From Candidatus Obscuribacterales bacterium (GTDB taxonomy: Bacteria > Cyanobacteriota > Vampirovibrionia > Obscuribacterales > Obscuribacteraceae): a stretch of 64,000 bases of DNA. The notes beneath the pieces are model-generated. The model saw only the letters and a list, made by a program, of their open reading frames with translations, was not told where the DNA came from and ran no database searches. Below are positions 20,198-30,625 of this stretch, piece after piece. Both the position numbers and the translations under genes were made by a program. The stretch spans positions 3,488,001 through 3,552,000 of the forward strand of contig CBDDIJ010000003.1 of NCBI GenBank assembly GCA_965228855.1, written 5' to 3'. Numbering within the stretch: the stretch's first letter is position 1; every line of letters begins with the position of its first letter.

Positions 20198-21975
20198 TCC
20201 GTATCCTTCGGCTTCGGCACCGGATATGGTGTGTCAGTGGGGGTGTTATCGGCTTCAAGTTCAATTTTACTCAACAGCAAGGACGGGCAAATTACCGTTC
20301 GCAAATACCCGTTCCACAATGTAGTGGTAATAGGCTCGACATCAGACCCCGCGCAGATAATATCCTGCAAGCTCGGCTTGTATAGCTGTTTAAATTTCAA
20401 ACCGCGAACTCGACGTTCCTCACCTGTAGTTGTTGAAACCATAATCGCTTCTATGGGCTCCTCCCCTTCCAGACTGGAGTCACGCGCAGACGAGGTGGAA
20501 CCTTGAAGAAACAACGGCGTACTGGGGCGAATACGCCGAATTACCAGGTATTCGGGCAATCCATGTTCCTTTGCAATACTAAGCATCTTATCGCGAAGTT
20601 GTTTTTCCGAGATCGCTTTCTCCGCATCAACTATTATCGTGGACGGAGCAGCGCCGACAAAATCATGGCCATTACTATGCTTCCCTGGCAAGACCGGACT
20701 GCGCGTACTCAAAAAATCTTTCAGAAAACCGCGCTCGATCATCGTGACCTTCTGACAGACAACCCCTTCGGAGTCGACGGTGTAAGAACCGCTGGTGGGG
20801 ACGCCTTTAAATTCGCTCAAGTCAGGATTGTCGCTTATCGTAATGAAACCCGGCATCACTTTTGAATTTAGTGACCTCAAAAATGTGCCCTGCGGATGAA
20901 GATTGTCACCCTTCACCGCGCATAGAAGCGGAGCGACATTTCTTATCGTGAATTCAGCTGTCGGCTGAGCTTCAAGCAAAACGGGACCGAGATAGTAATC
21001 CTTTATTGGGGCGGCAGCATGTTTCACAATTCGCTCGGACAAATTTGTGGCGCGCGCTTCGAGATCGTCCATAGAAGGCAATTTATCGAAGTCGACAACC
21101 GATATGCTGTCCGAGTCCCAGAGTTCCTCACCATCGGGGCACCGCGCGAATGCCACCATGCCTAATTTTATGGAAATCCAATGGTCGCGAACGGTCGTTC
21201 CCTCGCTATTCACGATACGTCTTGTGGTTTCAAGCACCTGGAGAGATACCCAGGACTCGCGCACTCCCTCAGGTTTATTAACGAGCAAAGAAAGCTTTTT
21301 GATTTTTTCCTTCCATTCATCCGGCACCACCACCGGTGCACCAATCGGTTTCACAACCGTAACCGGCGGCTCCTTGCTAAAGCTCTCACACAAATTCGGA
21401 ATACTGTGCTGTTGCCTGTATGAAACCAGGTTATCAAAAACCTCCGTAGCGCTCTTATACGCCTCATCGGTTGCATTCCACAGTGCCCTGCGAATAACGG
21501 GGTAGTTGTCATCCAGACAAGTTTCACGCCAGGTGAAGTTGGACGAGTGATCGCCATTTACATCGGCCGTATCGTCAAATTTGTAATCCCCTACACGCAC
21601 ATCGGCCCAGACTGTTCGCTGTTTGTCTTCCCAGTCGTAAATCGGCGACCCGTTGTTGCATGCATAGCTGTATTTGTATTCATCGCTGGCACGATAGTTT
21701 ATAAAATAGGGCGCCGGCTTTTTCGGCAACTTAAGTTCCTTCATGGATCGATTCAGCTCATCGCGCATCGCCCTAATTACGACATCTTTGTCAGCGTCCT
21801 CTGACTCGCCTGCTGCCTGTTTTTTCTCCTGCTCGGACTTCAAATCGCCTGAGCCATTTTTGCTTTCGATGCCAATTTCACCGCCGGTCCCGACGCGGTC
21901 AGTCGCAGCCAGAGCAACCTCAGGCACGCTCAAGCAATTGAGAAAAAGCATCAACGATAAGAAAAACCGCTTCAT
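20194..21975 (-). CDS. TldE/PmbA-like subunit (no HExxH), exported
   Basis: PYFINY, VRVGDY, DSEGV...IERGFLK, SNGH; paralog of the adjacent TldD; signal peptide. Confidence 0.85.
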   Translation of the reverse strand: MKRFFLSLMLFLNCLSVPEVALAATDRVGTGGEIGIESKNGSGDLKSEQEKKQAAGESEDADKDVVIRAMRDELNRSMKELKLPKKPAPYFINYRASDEYKYSYACNNGSPIYDWEDKQRTVWADVRVGDYKFDDTADVNGDHSSNFTWRETCLDDNYPVIRRALWNATDEAYKSATEVFDNLVSYRQQHSIPNLCESFSKEPPVTVVKPIGAPVVVPDEWKEKIKKLSLLVNKPEGVRESWVSLQVLETTRRIVNSEGTTVRDHWISIKLGMVAFARCPDGEELWDSDSISVVDFDKLPSMDDLEARATNLSERIVKHAAAPIKDYYLGPVLLEAQPTAEFTIRNVAPLLCAVKGDNLHPQGTFLRSLNSKVMPGFITISDNPDLSEFKGVPTSGSYTVDSEGVVCQKVTMIERGFLKDFLSTRSPVLPGKHSNGHDFVGAAPSTIIVDAEKAISEKQLRDKMLSIAKEHGLPEYLVIRRIRPSTPLFLQGSTSSARDSSLEGEEPIEAIMVSTTTGEERRVRGLKFKQLYKPSLQDIICAGSDVEPITTTLWNGYLRTVICPSLLLSKIELEADNTPTDTPYPVPKPKDTD

Positions 21976-21988
21976 ATCAATTCCTCAG

Positions 21989-23872
21989 TCAGTCGAGCGC
22001 CGGCGGTGGCAAAATAGGTTTGACGTTTTTTCCGGCGTGAGTTCTTTCGACTTCAAGCCCATCGATCAGAATCGATGGCGCACAATTTGATTGAGGTACC
22101 CAGCCTGATTCGGCGCCACACGAGCCGTTAAACACTCCAACGTTGTCGGAGGTCTCGACTATACGTTCCAACGCCGCCATAGGCGTTCCGATAATCCGAA
22201 CGCTCCGAACCAATTCGTCCGGGCGGCCATCCGCATAGACTTTGCGCACCAGACTCGGTCGCAAATTAAATGTCTGAGGATTGAAATCCGAGGTGTTGGT
22301 TTCACCGGAAACCACCTCATCGACAATTAGACCATAAGGCTTGTTACGCTTCTTCAGCTCAGCCACCAGGTCCTTCTTCAACTGGTCTTCGGATACTTGT
22401 TTAGCCGAGTCGACAATCAAATTCGCCATGCGTGCTACCGTCGGATAGCTCGCACCCGGTTGACAGCGACCATGCCCGTTTGACTTCGGAAATTCCGGAA
22501 CAGGAGTTCTACCTACCAGAAAAGTTTTGAGAACGCCTTTATCAACTAGAGTAACATTCTTTGCCGGTACTCCATCGTCGTCGATTTGATAGTGACCGAC
22601 CAGAGCCTGATTTCTTACGCGCGGTTGTAGCGGACGGTCGTAGACAGAGATGAATGAAGGCAAAATCTGCTTGCCGAGCATGTTCTCGAATGTCTTACCC
22701 TCGTACAATCTTCTCAACCGATGCGCCTCGAGACGATGCCCTAGCGCCTCATGAAAGAGGACAGCCGCAGCTCTGTTATTCAAAATTGCCGGACCATAGT
22801 ATACCTCCGCAGGCGCGGCCTTCTTCAAAGCGACCAGGCTGTTGGCGATGCGCTTTGTCTCGCTCTCGAATTCAGCATAACGATCTTGAACCTTATCGGG
22901 ATTGTCTAAAAACAACTGCGATTCCAAGCGCAAGAGCTCGCCATCATCGGCGGTGGCATTGGCACCCGTAATGAAAAATGCACTCAATGAATGATCGGCG
23001 ACCGATGTTCCTTCAGTGTTTACGAAGTAGCGGTTATAACGGTCGACAGAAAACCGGACCCATGCCGATTCCAATGATTGAAACGGTTTGTACAGTAACG
23101 ACAATTTGCGAACAATCTGTTCCATCCTATCTAAATCAAAAGATGGTGATACCACAGCGGAAACGTTCTTCGTGGCGTTCTCGCTGCTGAAGTCATCACA
23201 TGGCACGTCATCCGAGGTCAACCCTTGCTCGGCGACTACTCTGCCATAGCGCTCCGCCGCAATGCGATATTGCTTCTCTGTCTCCAACCAGAGATTAGTG
23301 CGCAGATTAAGCGGGTTTCCATCGATAATCACGCAATGCTCGCGAAAACTGTTATCGCTTACCGAATCCGAGCCTGTGGAATGGCTGCTATCCAATTTTG
23401 GCGTTCCGACTCGAACTTCGACCTGGATATAGCGGTCGCGTACCTTGTCCTTACGCGTATACAACGCACCGTAGCAGGCCGAAACTTCCGAATTCTCAGA
23501 ATCCGAGGCACGATAAGCCAGAAAGTATGCAGGTGGGTTCGCGTTCTTCAACTTGCTGAAGTTGCGCTGCAACTCCTTTTCCATGATTTGCAAAATTCGT
23601 TTATCTTCTTCGGCTTGCTCGGGTGAGATCTGTGGAGGCGCATCAGTCGCAGTTTCCGCGCTCTTAGCCGGCACGTCGATTGGACTGGCGGGAGCCGGCG
23701 TCGAATTAGTCGGCGATGGTGCTCCACTTATCCGGGCCTTCATGCCCCGTCCGTGCGTCGCAATGCCCGCTCCGTTTCCCCGAGCAGGCGTCGCACGGCC
23801 CGGACCCGGCACGATTACCTGAATAACGGTTAGAACGAGCGCACACCAAAACGCTGCTAGTCGCTGAAACAC
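21989..23872 (-). CDS. TldD-like metalloprotease, probably exported
   Basis: LFHEALGHRLE zinc motif, SNGHGR, RMANL, CGAESG; probable GTG start at 23872 with hydrophobic leader (ORF track gives 23950). Confidence 0.9.
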   Translation of the reverse strand: MFQRLAAFWCALVLTVIQVIVPGPGRATPARGNGAGIATHGRGMKARISGAPSPTNSTPAPASPIDVPAKSAETATDAPPQISPEQAEEDKRILQIMEKELQRNFSKLKNANPPAYFLAYRASDSENSEVSACYGALYTRKDKVRDRYIQVEVRVGTPKLDSSHSTGSDSVSDNSFREHCVIIDGNPLNLRTNLWLETEKQYRIAAERYGRVVAEQGLTSDDVPCDDFSSENATKNVSAVVSPSFDLDRMEQIVRKLSLLYKPFQSLESAWVRFSVDRYNRYFVNTEGTSVADHSLSAFFITGANATADDGELLRLESQLFLDNPDKVQDRYAEFESETKRIANSLVALKKAAPAEVYYGPAILNNRAAAVLFHEALGHRLEAHRLRRLYEGKTFENMLGKQILPSFISVYDRPLQPRVRNQALVGHYQIDDDGVPAKNVTLVDKGVLKTFLVGRTPVPEFPKSNGHGRCQPGASYPTVARMANLIVDSAKQVSEDQLKKDLVAELKKRNKPYGLIVDEVVSGETNTSDFNPQTFNLRPSLVRKVYADGRPDELVRSVRIIGTPMAALERIVETSDNVGVFNGSCGAESGWVPQSNCAPSILIDGLEVERTHAGKNVKPILPPPALD

Positions 23873-24209
23873 AGGGTTTTCCTTCTCCCAAACCGATTCG
23901 GTCGACTCGAGCAAGCGCCGAAAACCGAATGAACAACTATAGAGTTCCACGAAATAAGTAAGAACAATCGCCTATATTGATTACCTGCCATCCGGCACCA
24001 ACGGTTTACGGTCCAGAGCCGCGCCGAAACCAGGCTGGCAGAGCCGTAGCAGCTAGACCTTGCAAGCCCGGTAAACCGGTTGGCAACCCCTATCATAATT
24101 AATCCACCGCAAAACAGCAAAACCGCTTCTCTCACAACTAGATGAACTGCTATATGCTATGCTGAGCGCCCCGCAAAACCATGCCAATTCCTGATGGAGA
24201 CACTCTCTT

Positions 24210-25367
24210 TTGAGAGATAGTGCAGAAATTCTTGACCTTTTCGAGAACGCTAATGGAAGCGGCCGCAAGATGGTTCTGGCAACTGTCGTAGCCGTCAGCG
24301 GCTCAGCCTACAGAAGGCCAGGCGCCCATCTCCTGCTCGTCGACGACGGGCGGCAAGCCGGTTCAATCAGCGCAGGCTGCCTGGAGAATGATTTGATCGC
24401 GCGTGGCACTCAGCTGTTCGAATCATCCGAATGCTTGTTACTCGAGTACGAGAATGACGAGTTCTTCGGACTCAATTATGGCTGTGACGGAACCATCCTC
24501 GTCTTCGTCCAACCATTAAGCAGGTCGAGCTGCAATTACCCGACGGTCATAACCCGGGTTCAGGAAACTGCAAAAACAGCTCTACTCGCTACTGTTTTTG
24601 ACTCCGACGATGTCTCACAGATAGGAAAACAATTCCTGTTTGAGATCACAAACAATCGCGTATCGAGCATCAACGCATCCGCAAATGATGAACTGTTTGC
24701 CGAAATTGCCGCATGTGCTCTTAACGTAGTTGACTTGAATAGCAACCAGAATATTGAGTTCAACAAAGCTTCGACTAAAGTCTTTTTTGAATTAATCAAA
24801 CCCAAAATCCGTTTAGCCATATTCGGGGCTGGTGATGATGTGATACCACTGTTGAACATTGCAAAATTAGTCGGCATCGAGACACACGTTTTAGACAGTC
24901 GTCGTTCGTACCTCGACAGATTCGCTACCAGAGCAAATATTCATTATTACGACCAGAATTCTCGCGTTGAATCATTTTGCGACGCTCCGGAACGGACAGC
25001 CGCAATTGTAATGAGTCACAACTTTGAACTGGATAAGCGATTCCTCTCCGCTGTGCTTGGCAGCAACTGTGCATTCATCGGTGTCATGGGTTCGAGAAAA
25101 CGCACCCAGAAGTTGTTGATGGAACTCGGTGCGGAAAAACAAAGAGAGCGAATAAAATTTCCCGTCGGACTGGATATCGGTGCAGAGACACCGGAAGAAA
25201 TAGCACTTTCTATTTGCAGCGAGGTTCTGGCATTTTTCCGGGAAGCCAGTGGAAAGCCGCTAAACACTGTTGAAGGAACCATTCACCATCGAATAGAAAC
25301 GGAAACTCGGTATCAAAGTTCAGAGAAACGCTCGGCATACTGCACCATGGGTGATACCAATGTCTAA
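24210..25367 (+). CDS. xdhC: XdhC/CoxI molybdenum cofactor insertion chaperone
   Basis: GSAYRRPGA, GSISAGCLE, GCDG, IFGAG, PVGLDIGAETPEEIALSI. Confidence 0.92.
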   Translation: MRDSAEILDLFENANGSGRKMVLATVVAVSGSAYRRPGAHLLLVDDGRQAGSISAGCLENDLIARGTQLFESSECLLLEYENDEFFGLNYGCDGTILVFVQPLSRSSCNYPTVITRVQETAKTALLATVFDSDDVSQIGKQFLFEITNNRVSSINASANDELFAEIAACALNVVDLNSNQNIEFNKASTKVFFELIKPKIRLAIFGAGDDVIPLLNIAKLVGIETHVLDSRRSYLDRFATRANIHYYDQNSRVESFCDAPERTAAIVMSHNFELDKRFLSAVLGSNCAFIGVMGSRKRTQKLLMELGAEKQRERIKFPVGLDIGAETPEEIALSICSEVLAFFREASGKPLNTVEGTIHHRIETETRYQSSEKRSAYCTMGDTNV

Positions 25368-26013
25368 AACTGCGATTGCCATTCTCGCTGCAGGCAAAGG
25401 CAGCAGGATGAACAGTCATAAACAACTGGCACTGTTTCAAGGCGAGACACTTTTGTCACGAGCAGTTCGGATAGCGAACGATAGCGGTGTCGGTGATGTA
25501 AATGTTGTCCTCGGATATCGAGCAGACGAATTAGCCGCCCACGTCGGCATGGATGCCACCATAGTCTTCAACGATCACTGGGAAGAAGGCATCGCTTCTT
25601 CTATCAGGGCAGCAGTAACGGAATTGAAAGCGGCAAACTACGATGCCGTTCTGTTCACAACAGTTGATCAGCCGTTCGTAAGCGAAGAACATTTGCGAAT
25701 GCTGAATGACCAATTCAAAACCGGCAAACACGAGGTCGTTTCATCAGGCTACGGAACACCAAAAACTATGGGCATTCCAGCAATATTTTCAAAATCTTTG
25801 TTCGATCAACTTTTGCAATTGCATGGAGATCGAGGAGCTAAACAGATTTTGGCATCAGCTAACGCAATGTGCGTTGATACACCGTTGGCGCGCTTCGACA
25901 TAGATACGCCAAATGATTTGGAAGAGTGCAGAGCGGAAGCGGAAAAGAACTACTCGCAGAATTTGAGCCTGACCATTTCCACGGAAATAGATAGCCCGGC
26001 ATTCTCAAGCTAA
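25360..26013 (+). CDS. mocA: Molybdenum cofactor cytidylyltransferase (MocA-like)
   Basis: ILAAGKGSRM..KQL, DQP, GDRGAK, DIDTP; overlaps xdhC end. Confidence 0.85.
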   Translation: MSKTAIAILAAGKGSRMNSHKQLALFQGETLLSRAVRIANDSGVGDVNVVLGYRADELAAHVGMDATIVFNDHWEEGIASSIRAAVTELKAANYDAVLFTTVDQPFVSEEHLRMLNDQFKTGKHEVVSSGYGTPKTMGIPAIFSKSLFDQLLQLHGDRGAKQILASANAMCVDTPLARFDIDTPNDLEECRAEAEKNYSQNLSLTISTEIDSPAFSS

Positions 26014-26200
26014 AGGCGAAAAGATATATTGTGAAACACACTACACGCCCTAGTTTGTAGTGTTTCAGTACGAATTTAATGGATCAATTTATTGAACTCA
26101 AATCCATCTAAACTTAGTCCCTGTCAGGCTCAAAGCAGTATAATTGACCCATCGCTGCCGCGAGTGCAGCACTGATTGCCAATGGACTGGAGATTTAGAC

Positions 26201-26542
26201 ATGCCTGAAGTCAAGACTGAAAAGTACCTTTTATATAGTCTGCAAGTGCTGAAGAACATGCAGGATGACATGGAAACGCTGACCAGTCATGATGCAAAAG
26301 CAGATCCGGAAGTTCTCGGAGATATCTTGGACGAGATCATCTCTCGCTGCCTCGTTCCTGCTTTACAACAACTCGGTATCGAAGATCCGATTGACGAAAT
26401 CATGACCGAAGCGATTGATCCGAGCGACATCCTCGAAGCCGAGCTCGAGCGCATCACTGACGAACTCGATGATGAAGAGTACGAAGAAGAAGAGGAAGAA
26501 GAGGAAGAAGAAGCACTCGCCGGCGCACGCCGCAAGCGCTAA
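26201..26542 (+). CDS. Small highly acidic hypothetical protein
   Basis: ATG 26201 after GGAG; D/E-rich with poly-Glu tract and RRKR end; terminator follows. Confidence 0.7.
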   Translation: MPEVKTEKYLLYSLQVLKNMQDDMETLTSHDAKADPEVLGDILDEIISRCLVPALQQLGIEDPIDEIMTEAIDPSDILEAELERITDELDDEEYEEEEEEEEEEALAGARRKR

Positions 26543-26595
26543 AAACCGCTGGCACGGGTCTACCCGCGCTTCTTACCTAAATATTTCTCATCTCT

Positions 26596-26637
26596 GGGTT
26601 TCGCCGACATTTAACGTTGGCGAAGCCCTTTGTTTTT
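26596..26637 (+). terminator. Intrinsic terminator
   Basis: GGGTTTCGCCGAC-loop-GTTGGCGAAGCCC followed by TTTGTTTTT. Confidence 0.7.
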
Positions 26638-26683
26638 GAGCCAGGATGTTTAAATCTGTCTTGTACGTTGAGAAACGCCGGAC

Positions 26684-28984
26684 CTAATTTTCAACACTCA
26701 CATTAACATCCCGACTCGACAAGACCTTGCAATGAGTCGATCCATCCTTTTCGCGTTCAAACTGAAGATCGCATATTCCCTTTCCAACTCGAATTCCCCG
26801 GACCTCGACGTGCTCGAGCCACTCCGGCAAAGCTGGTCGAACGACGCGGAGCGAACCGCTTTGCGCATCAGGTGTTAAACCGAGGCAACCGCTTAGCATT
26901 TGAAAAACGCTACCCGCAGCCCATGCTTGCGGCGCACACGAAACCGGATACCACACCGGTCTATCAAAATTTCTATCGCTAAAGCCGCAAAATAATTCAG
27001 GCAATCGCATGTCGGGACGGAACTTCGAAGTCTCGAACAAACCGCTCATTACTCGAAGAGCATCAGCACTTCGACCAATTCGGCAAAGTCCTTCGATTGA
27101 CATTGCATTGTCGTGCGGCCAGACAGACCCATTGTGGTAACTCATTGGATTGTATGCCGTCTGAGACGAAGCCAACGTTCTGATGCCCCAGCCGCAGAAC
27201 ATCTCGTCGCTCATCAAAATATCTGCGCACTCCGTCGCTGCTTTTTCGTTGAGAATTCCTGTGGCGAGCAGATGACCGATGTTCGACGAGTAAACATCAC
27301 ATTGCTTGCCGTCACCATCAAGAGCGAGTGCTATGCCACGCTTCTCCGGCATCCAAAAGTCTCTATTGAAACGGGTTTTCAGAGCCGCCGCTTTTTCGGA
27401 GAGCGCATTTGCTTGCTCTTCATTTCCAATTGCTTTCGCCATTTGCGCGGCTTTAAACCATGCCGTATACAAGTATCCTTGCGGTTCGCATAGAGCAATC
27501 GGAGCTTTTGCGAGTTTGCCATTCGCATACATCACTGAGTCGGCCGAATCCTTCCACCCCTGATTGCTGAGCGCCGCACCCTCTTTTCCACCGTAGCGCA
27601 AATACCCTGACGCAGATTCTAAATTCAGATAATCAAGCGCGCGTTCGATCTCAGGCCAGTGCTTTTTTATGAAACCAATGTCGCCGGTCTGATCGAAATA
27701 TCGCGATACTAAGACCAACCACAATGGCGTACCATCCACCGTGCCGTAATACGGCGTGAAGGCAATCTCCTTCATCCGTGCCATCTCGCCGAGACGAAGT
27801 TCATGCATGATTCGTCCGGGCTTTTCCTCGGTATAACTGTCGTTCTGTTTCCCTTGATACGCGGCTAGAACTTCGATCACATCTTTTGCGAGCGTTGGAA
27901 AAAACATCAGCGTTTGCATCGCCGTGATTTCCTGGTCACGACCAAACGCAACGGCAAACCAAGGAATGCCTGCAGCCAAGCAATTTCCGCGAGGTGTCGG
28001 TTGGCGCAAAATGTACAGATCTCGTACACTCCGCTCCATCAAGCGATCAAATTCGGTATTACTGGTGGTGACTCGCGCAGTCGTGTCACGCCAGTCCTTG
28101 TAAGCGAGGTCGGCACTTTCCTTCTCGGTATCAAATGTGGTGACTTTGGAGTTGGCCTGAAACGCCGCATCAAAAGAAGTTCCTACCGCCATGTTGATGA
28201 CTTTTGTCTGCTGACCATTTAAATGAAACTTGAAAACGGTTCTGTCCTTCTGTACAGAGGCCGCCTTTTCATCAAACATCAAACGTGTCGACATGACTTT
28301 GTTGTCGAGTCCGCCATAAGAAATAACCACGCTGCTGGTAACGGCTGTTTCATCGGGCAAAATAGTCTCTTTGAGCTGACCGCGAGCTTTGCGTCCCATG
28401 CCGCGAACCTCAAACATGTCGGCATAATCACTGGCAAATTTAATTTCCAGAGTCACATCTACAGCCGAGTTTCCAAAATTTGTGACGGTCAATTTTTCAA
28501 AAACTCCGTCATTCACCACCACATCGCGCTTCAACATGATCTGCTGCTCAGCCGCACCAGAAGCGGTGTCTGCCGCATTACCGTAAAGAAAACGACCGGC
28601 ATAGCCCTCATCGGTCGAAGCGGACAACAAGACGGGGCTGTGACCATTCAAGGTCATATCCAGCATGCTCAGATAGCGAGTGTCGTCCTTGTACAACCCG
28701 TATCCATAGGAGGTTCCGTCGGGCATCAAACCGCTCTCATCCATCACGAGAAAGTGTGCGCCGTTTTTCAAGACCAAACGAGGATGATTTAAAATCGCAG
28801 GCTTGATGGACGTATCAAGCGTCTTTCTGGCGACGGTTTCCAGCGTCTCCTTAGCGGCAGTTTCAGACGCTTGTGCAATTAATCTTTGCGCTGTTTCAGC
28901 GCATCCATACTGCGAGCTGCTGACAAGGAGAAAAGCACTGAGAGCCGAGCCTAAAGCAAATTGATTGAGTTTTATCATAGCCAC
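26684..28984 (-). CDS. Amylo-alpha-1,6-glucosidase / glycogen debranching family enzyme with signal-like leader
   Basis: DTRYLS, DYADMFEVRG, AAGIPWF..FGRD, YYGTVD, NQGWKDS, YHNGSVWPHDN, LPELFCG, PQAWAA. Confidence 0.92.
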   Translation of the reverse strand: MAMIKLNQFALGSALSAFLLVSSSQYGCAETAQRLIAQASETAAKETLETVARKTLDTSIKPAILNHPRLVLKNGAHFLVMDESGLMPDGTSYGYGLYKDDTRYLSMLDMTLNGHSPVLLSASTDEGYAGRFLYGNAADTASGAAEQQIMLKRDVVVNDGVFEKLTVTNFGNSAVDVTLEIKFASDYADMFEVRGMGRKARGQLKETILPDETAVTSSVVISYGGLDNKVMSTRLMFDEKAASVQKDRTVFKFHLNGQQTKVINMAVGTSFDAAFQANSKVTTFDTEKESADLAYKDWRDTTARVTTSNTEFDRLMERSVRDLYILRQPTPRGNCLAAGIPWFAVAFGRDQEITAMQTLMFFPTLAKDVIEVLAAYQGKQNDSYTEEKPGRIMHELRLGEMARMKEIAFTPYYGTVDGTPLWLVLVSRYFDQTGDIGFIKKHWPEIERALDYLNLESASGYLRYGGKEGAALSNQGWKDSADSVMYANGKLAKAPIALCEPQGYLYTAWFKAAQMAKAIGNEEQANALSEKAAALKTRFNRDFWMPEKRGIALALDGDGKQCDVYSSNIGHLLATGILNEKAATECADILMSDEMFCGWGIRTLASSQTAYNPMSYHNGSVWPHDNAMSIEGLCRIGRSADALRVMSGLFETSKFRPDMRLPELFCGFSDRNFDRPVWYPVSCAPQAWAAGSVFQMLSGCLGLTPDAQSGSLRVVRPALPEWLEHVEVRGIRVGKGICDLQFEREKDGSTHCKVLSSRDVNVSVEN

Positions 28985-29176
28985 CGATTGTACCGTATCT
29001 CATATACTTGTCCGCAACATTCGCTTGAGGCTGCCAAAATCTGAGTCTCCAAGCAACAACGCGTGCCCTGAATGCTTGGAAACGATTGCCAAAGAGGCAA
29101 AGTGCTGCAAACTTTGTACTTCGGCAGTAGCTTAAACAGCCTCGATCGCTCAAGAACGTGATTGCTCAGCCTTTTA

Positions 29177-29187
29177 TCCGGGTATAT
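29177..29187 (+). promoter_or_regulatory. TCCGGGTATAT element (candidate alternative-sigma -10)
   Basis: Identical 11-mer lies upstream of the paralog (40558-40568, minus strand). Confidence 0.45.
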
Positions 29188-29221
29188 ATCCCACAAAAGG
29201 TATCACGGAGGCTCGATCAAA

Positions 29222-29902
29222 GTGGCTAAGCAAGAACGTCGCGAGAAGATGTCCCTGGACCTCGCCTATGAAGTCTACTGCAATACCATTAAAGCTGGTG
29301 GTTCGGTCGAGTTACACGCCATCGCAGAAGCGATCAAAACAGTGAAGAGCGCAATGCACGCAAGTAGCTCCGGAGCAGTCAGGCTGACCGACCGTCTATG
29401 GTATCGCATACAGCAAGCGCTTTTCGACAAAATCCTGACGAACTACTCGGCTAGAATCGAAGTGCTTACCGAGCGCCGGGAAGCAGTAAGCGCCGGCGTG
29501 GACATCCCTCAAACGGGGCTAATGAGAATCTATCCGGAGGGGCTGCGGAGACTGGACGACTGGTTTGAGCTACCGGTGATGGATCTTCACGACATGACCG
29601 TAAAGAAGGTTTCCAAAGTTCGTGCTCAACACGGAGACCGGATAAGCCACGAATATTTTATAGACCTTCATATCGAGTGCGCCGGCGCATGTATGATGCC
29701 ACCTGATATCGTGTTCGGGCATGAGCGTTTACGCGATGAAACGCGCCAGGGACGCGAACTTGCATTCAGCGAGTGGTGGGACCTGTACTGGCGCGCCTAT
29801 TGCACTCCGGACCCGGAGGAGCTAACGACCGTGCGCGAGCGCATGGCAATGCTAGAGTCAGTCTGGGGAGACCTGTCGATAGTTGCAGCCGGTGTCGCCT
29901 AG
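29222..29902 (+). CDS. Hypothetical protein, paralog of 39849-40529
   Basis: GTG 29222 after GGAGG; shared motifs WxRI..LFD, WWxL, MxxLExVWG. Confidence 0.75.
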   Translation: MAKQERREKMSLDLAYEVYCNTIKAGGSVELHAIAEAIKTVKSAMHASSSGAVRLTDRLWYRIQQALFDKILTNYSARIEVLTERREAVSAGVDIPQTGLMRIYPEGLRRLDDWFELPVMDLHDMTVKKVSKVRAQHGDRISHEYFIDLHIECAGACMMPPDIVFGHERLRDETRQGRELAFSEWWDLYWRAYCTPDPEELTTVRERMAMLESVWGDLSIVAAGVA

Positions 29903-29921
29903 TTAGGACGACGTTCCAAAA

Positions 29922-30494
29922 CTACTTCAATGAGTTTATAAAGCCTTTGAATGCCGGCTGATAGTTCCAATTGGTCGGGTCGTGATAGTCATTTTCAATC
30001 CGCATGTATTTCTTAGGCGCAGTCGCCATAGCGAATAGCTCGTCGGAATTACTGATTGATATCACTTGGTCCAACGTCCCATGAACCAGCAGTAGTGGCG
30101 GGTGGCTTCCCGTTACGCAAGTACGGCATTCCAATTCGCGCGATGGAAACATGAAGCGCGGATAGACGAGCAGAAATGGATAACGCTGTTTCGCGCAATC
30201 GATCAATGATGCATATGGAGAATAGAGAATTAGACCTCCGCTTGTTCTCTTCTCCGTAACATACGCAGCCACCCCGGTTCCAAGCGACTCGCCGCAGTTG
30301 ATGATGTTCTTCGAAAGCACCTTTCTGCCTTCGCAAATGAAATCGAAAGCGGATAAACCATTTTCAAGCAGCCCTTCAATTGATGGCTCGCCTTCGCTTC
30401 TGCCAAATCCCTGGTAATCATAAAGGAGTACATTCACGTCACAGTCTAAGAACATTCCCGCGGCAAAATAAGCCGATCTTGTCGCCGTTTTCAT
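29922..30494 (-). pseudogene. Alpha/beta hydrolase (ABHD17/YhfR-like), N-terminally truncated or degraded
   Basis: YDYQGFGRSEG, GESLG, HGTLD, terminal His; the usual HGN oxyanion segment is missing in frame. Confidence 0.55.
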
Positions 30495-30625
30495 ACATAA
30501 CTAATAACAATACGGACTGGCTTACGCTATGGAACGGCAAACAGTTAATTAAGTGTTTGCCGTTTAGCCGCTCTGTCTGATTTAATTACGGTGCAAGAAC
30601 CTTCAATGGCTATGAAAAACTTTCG

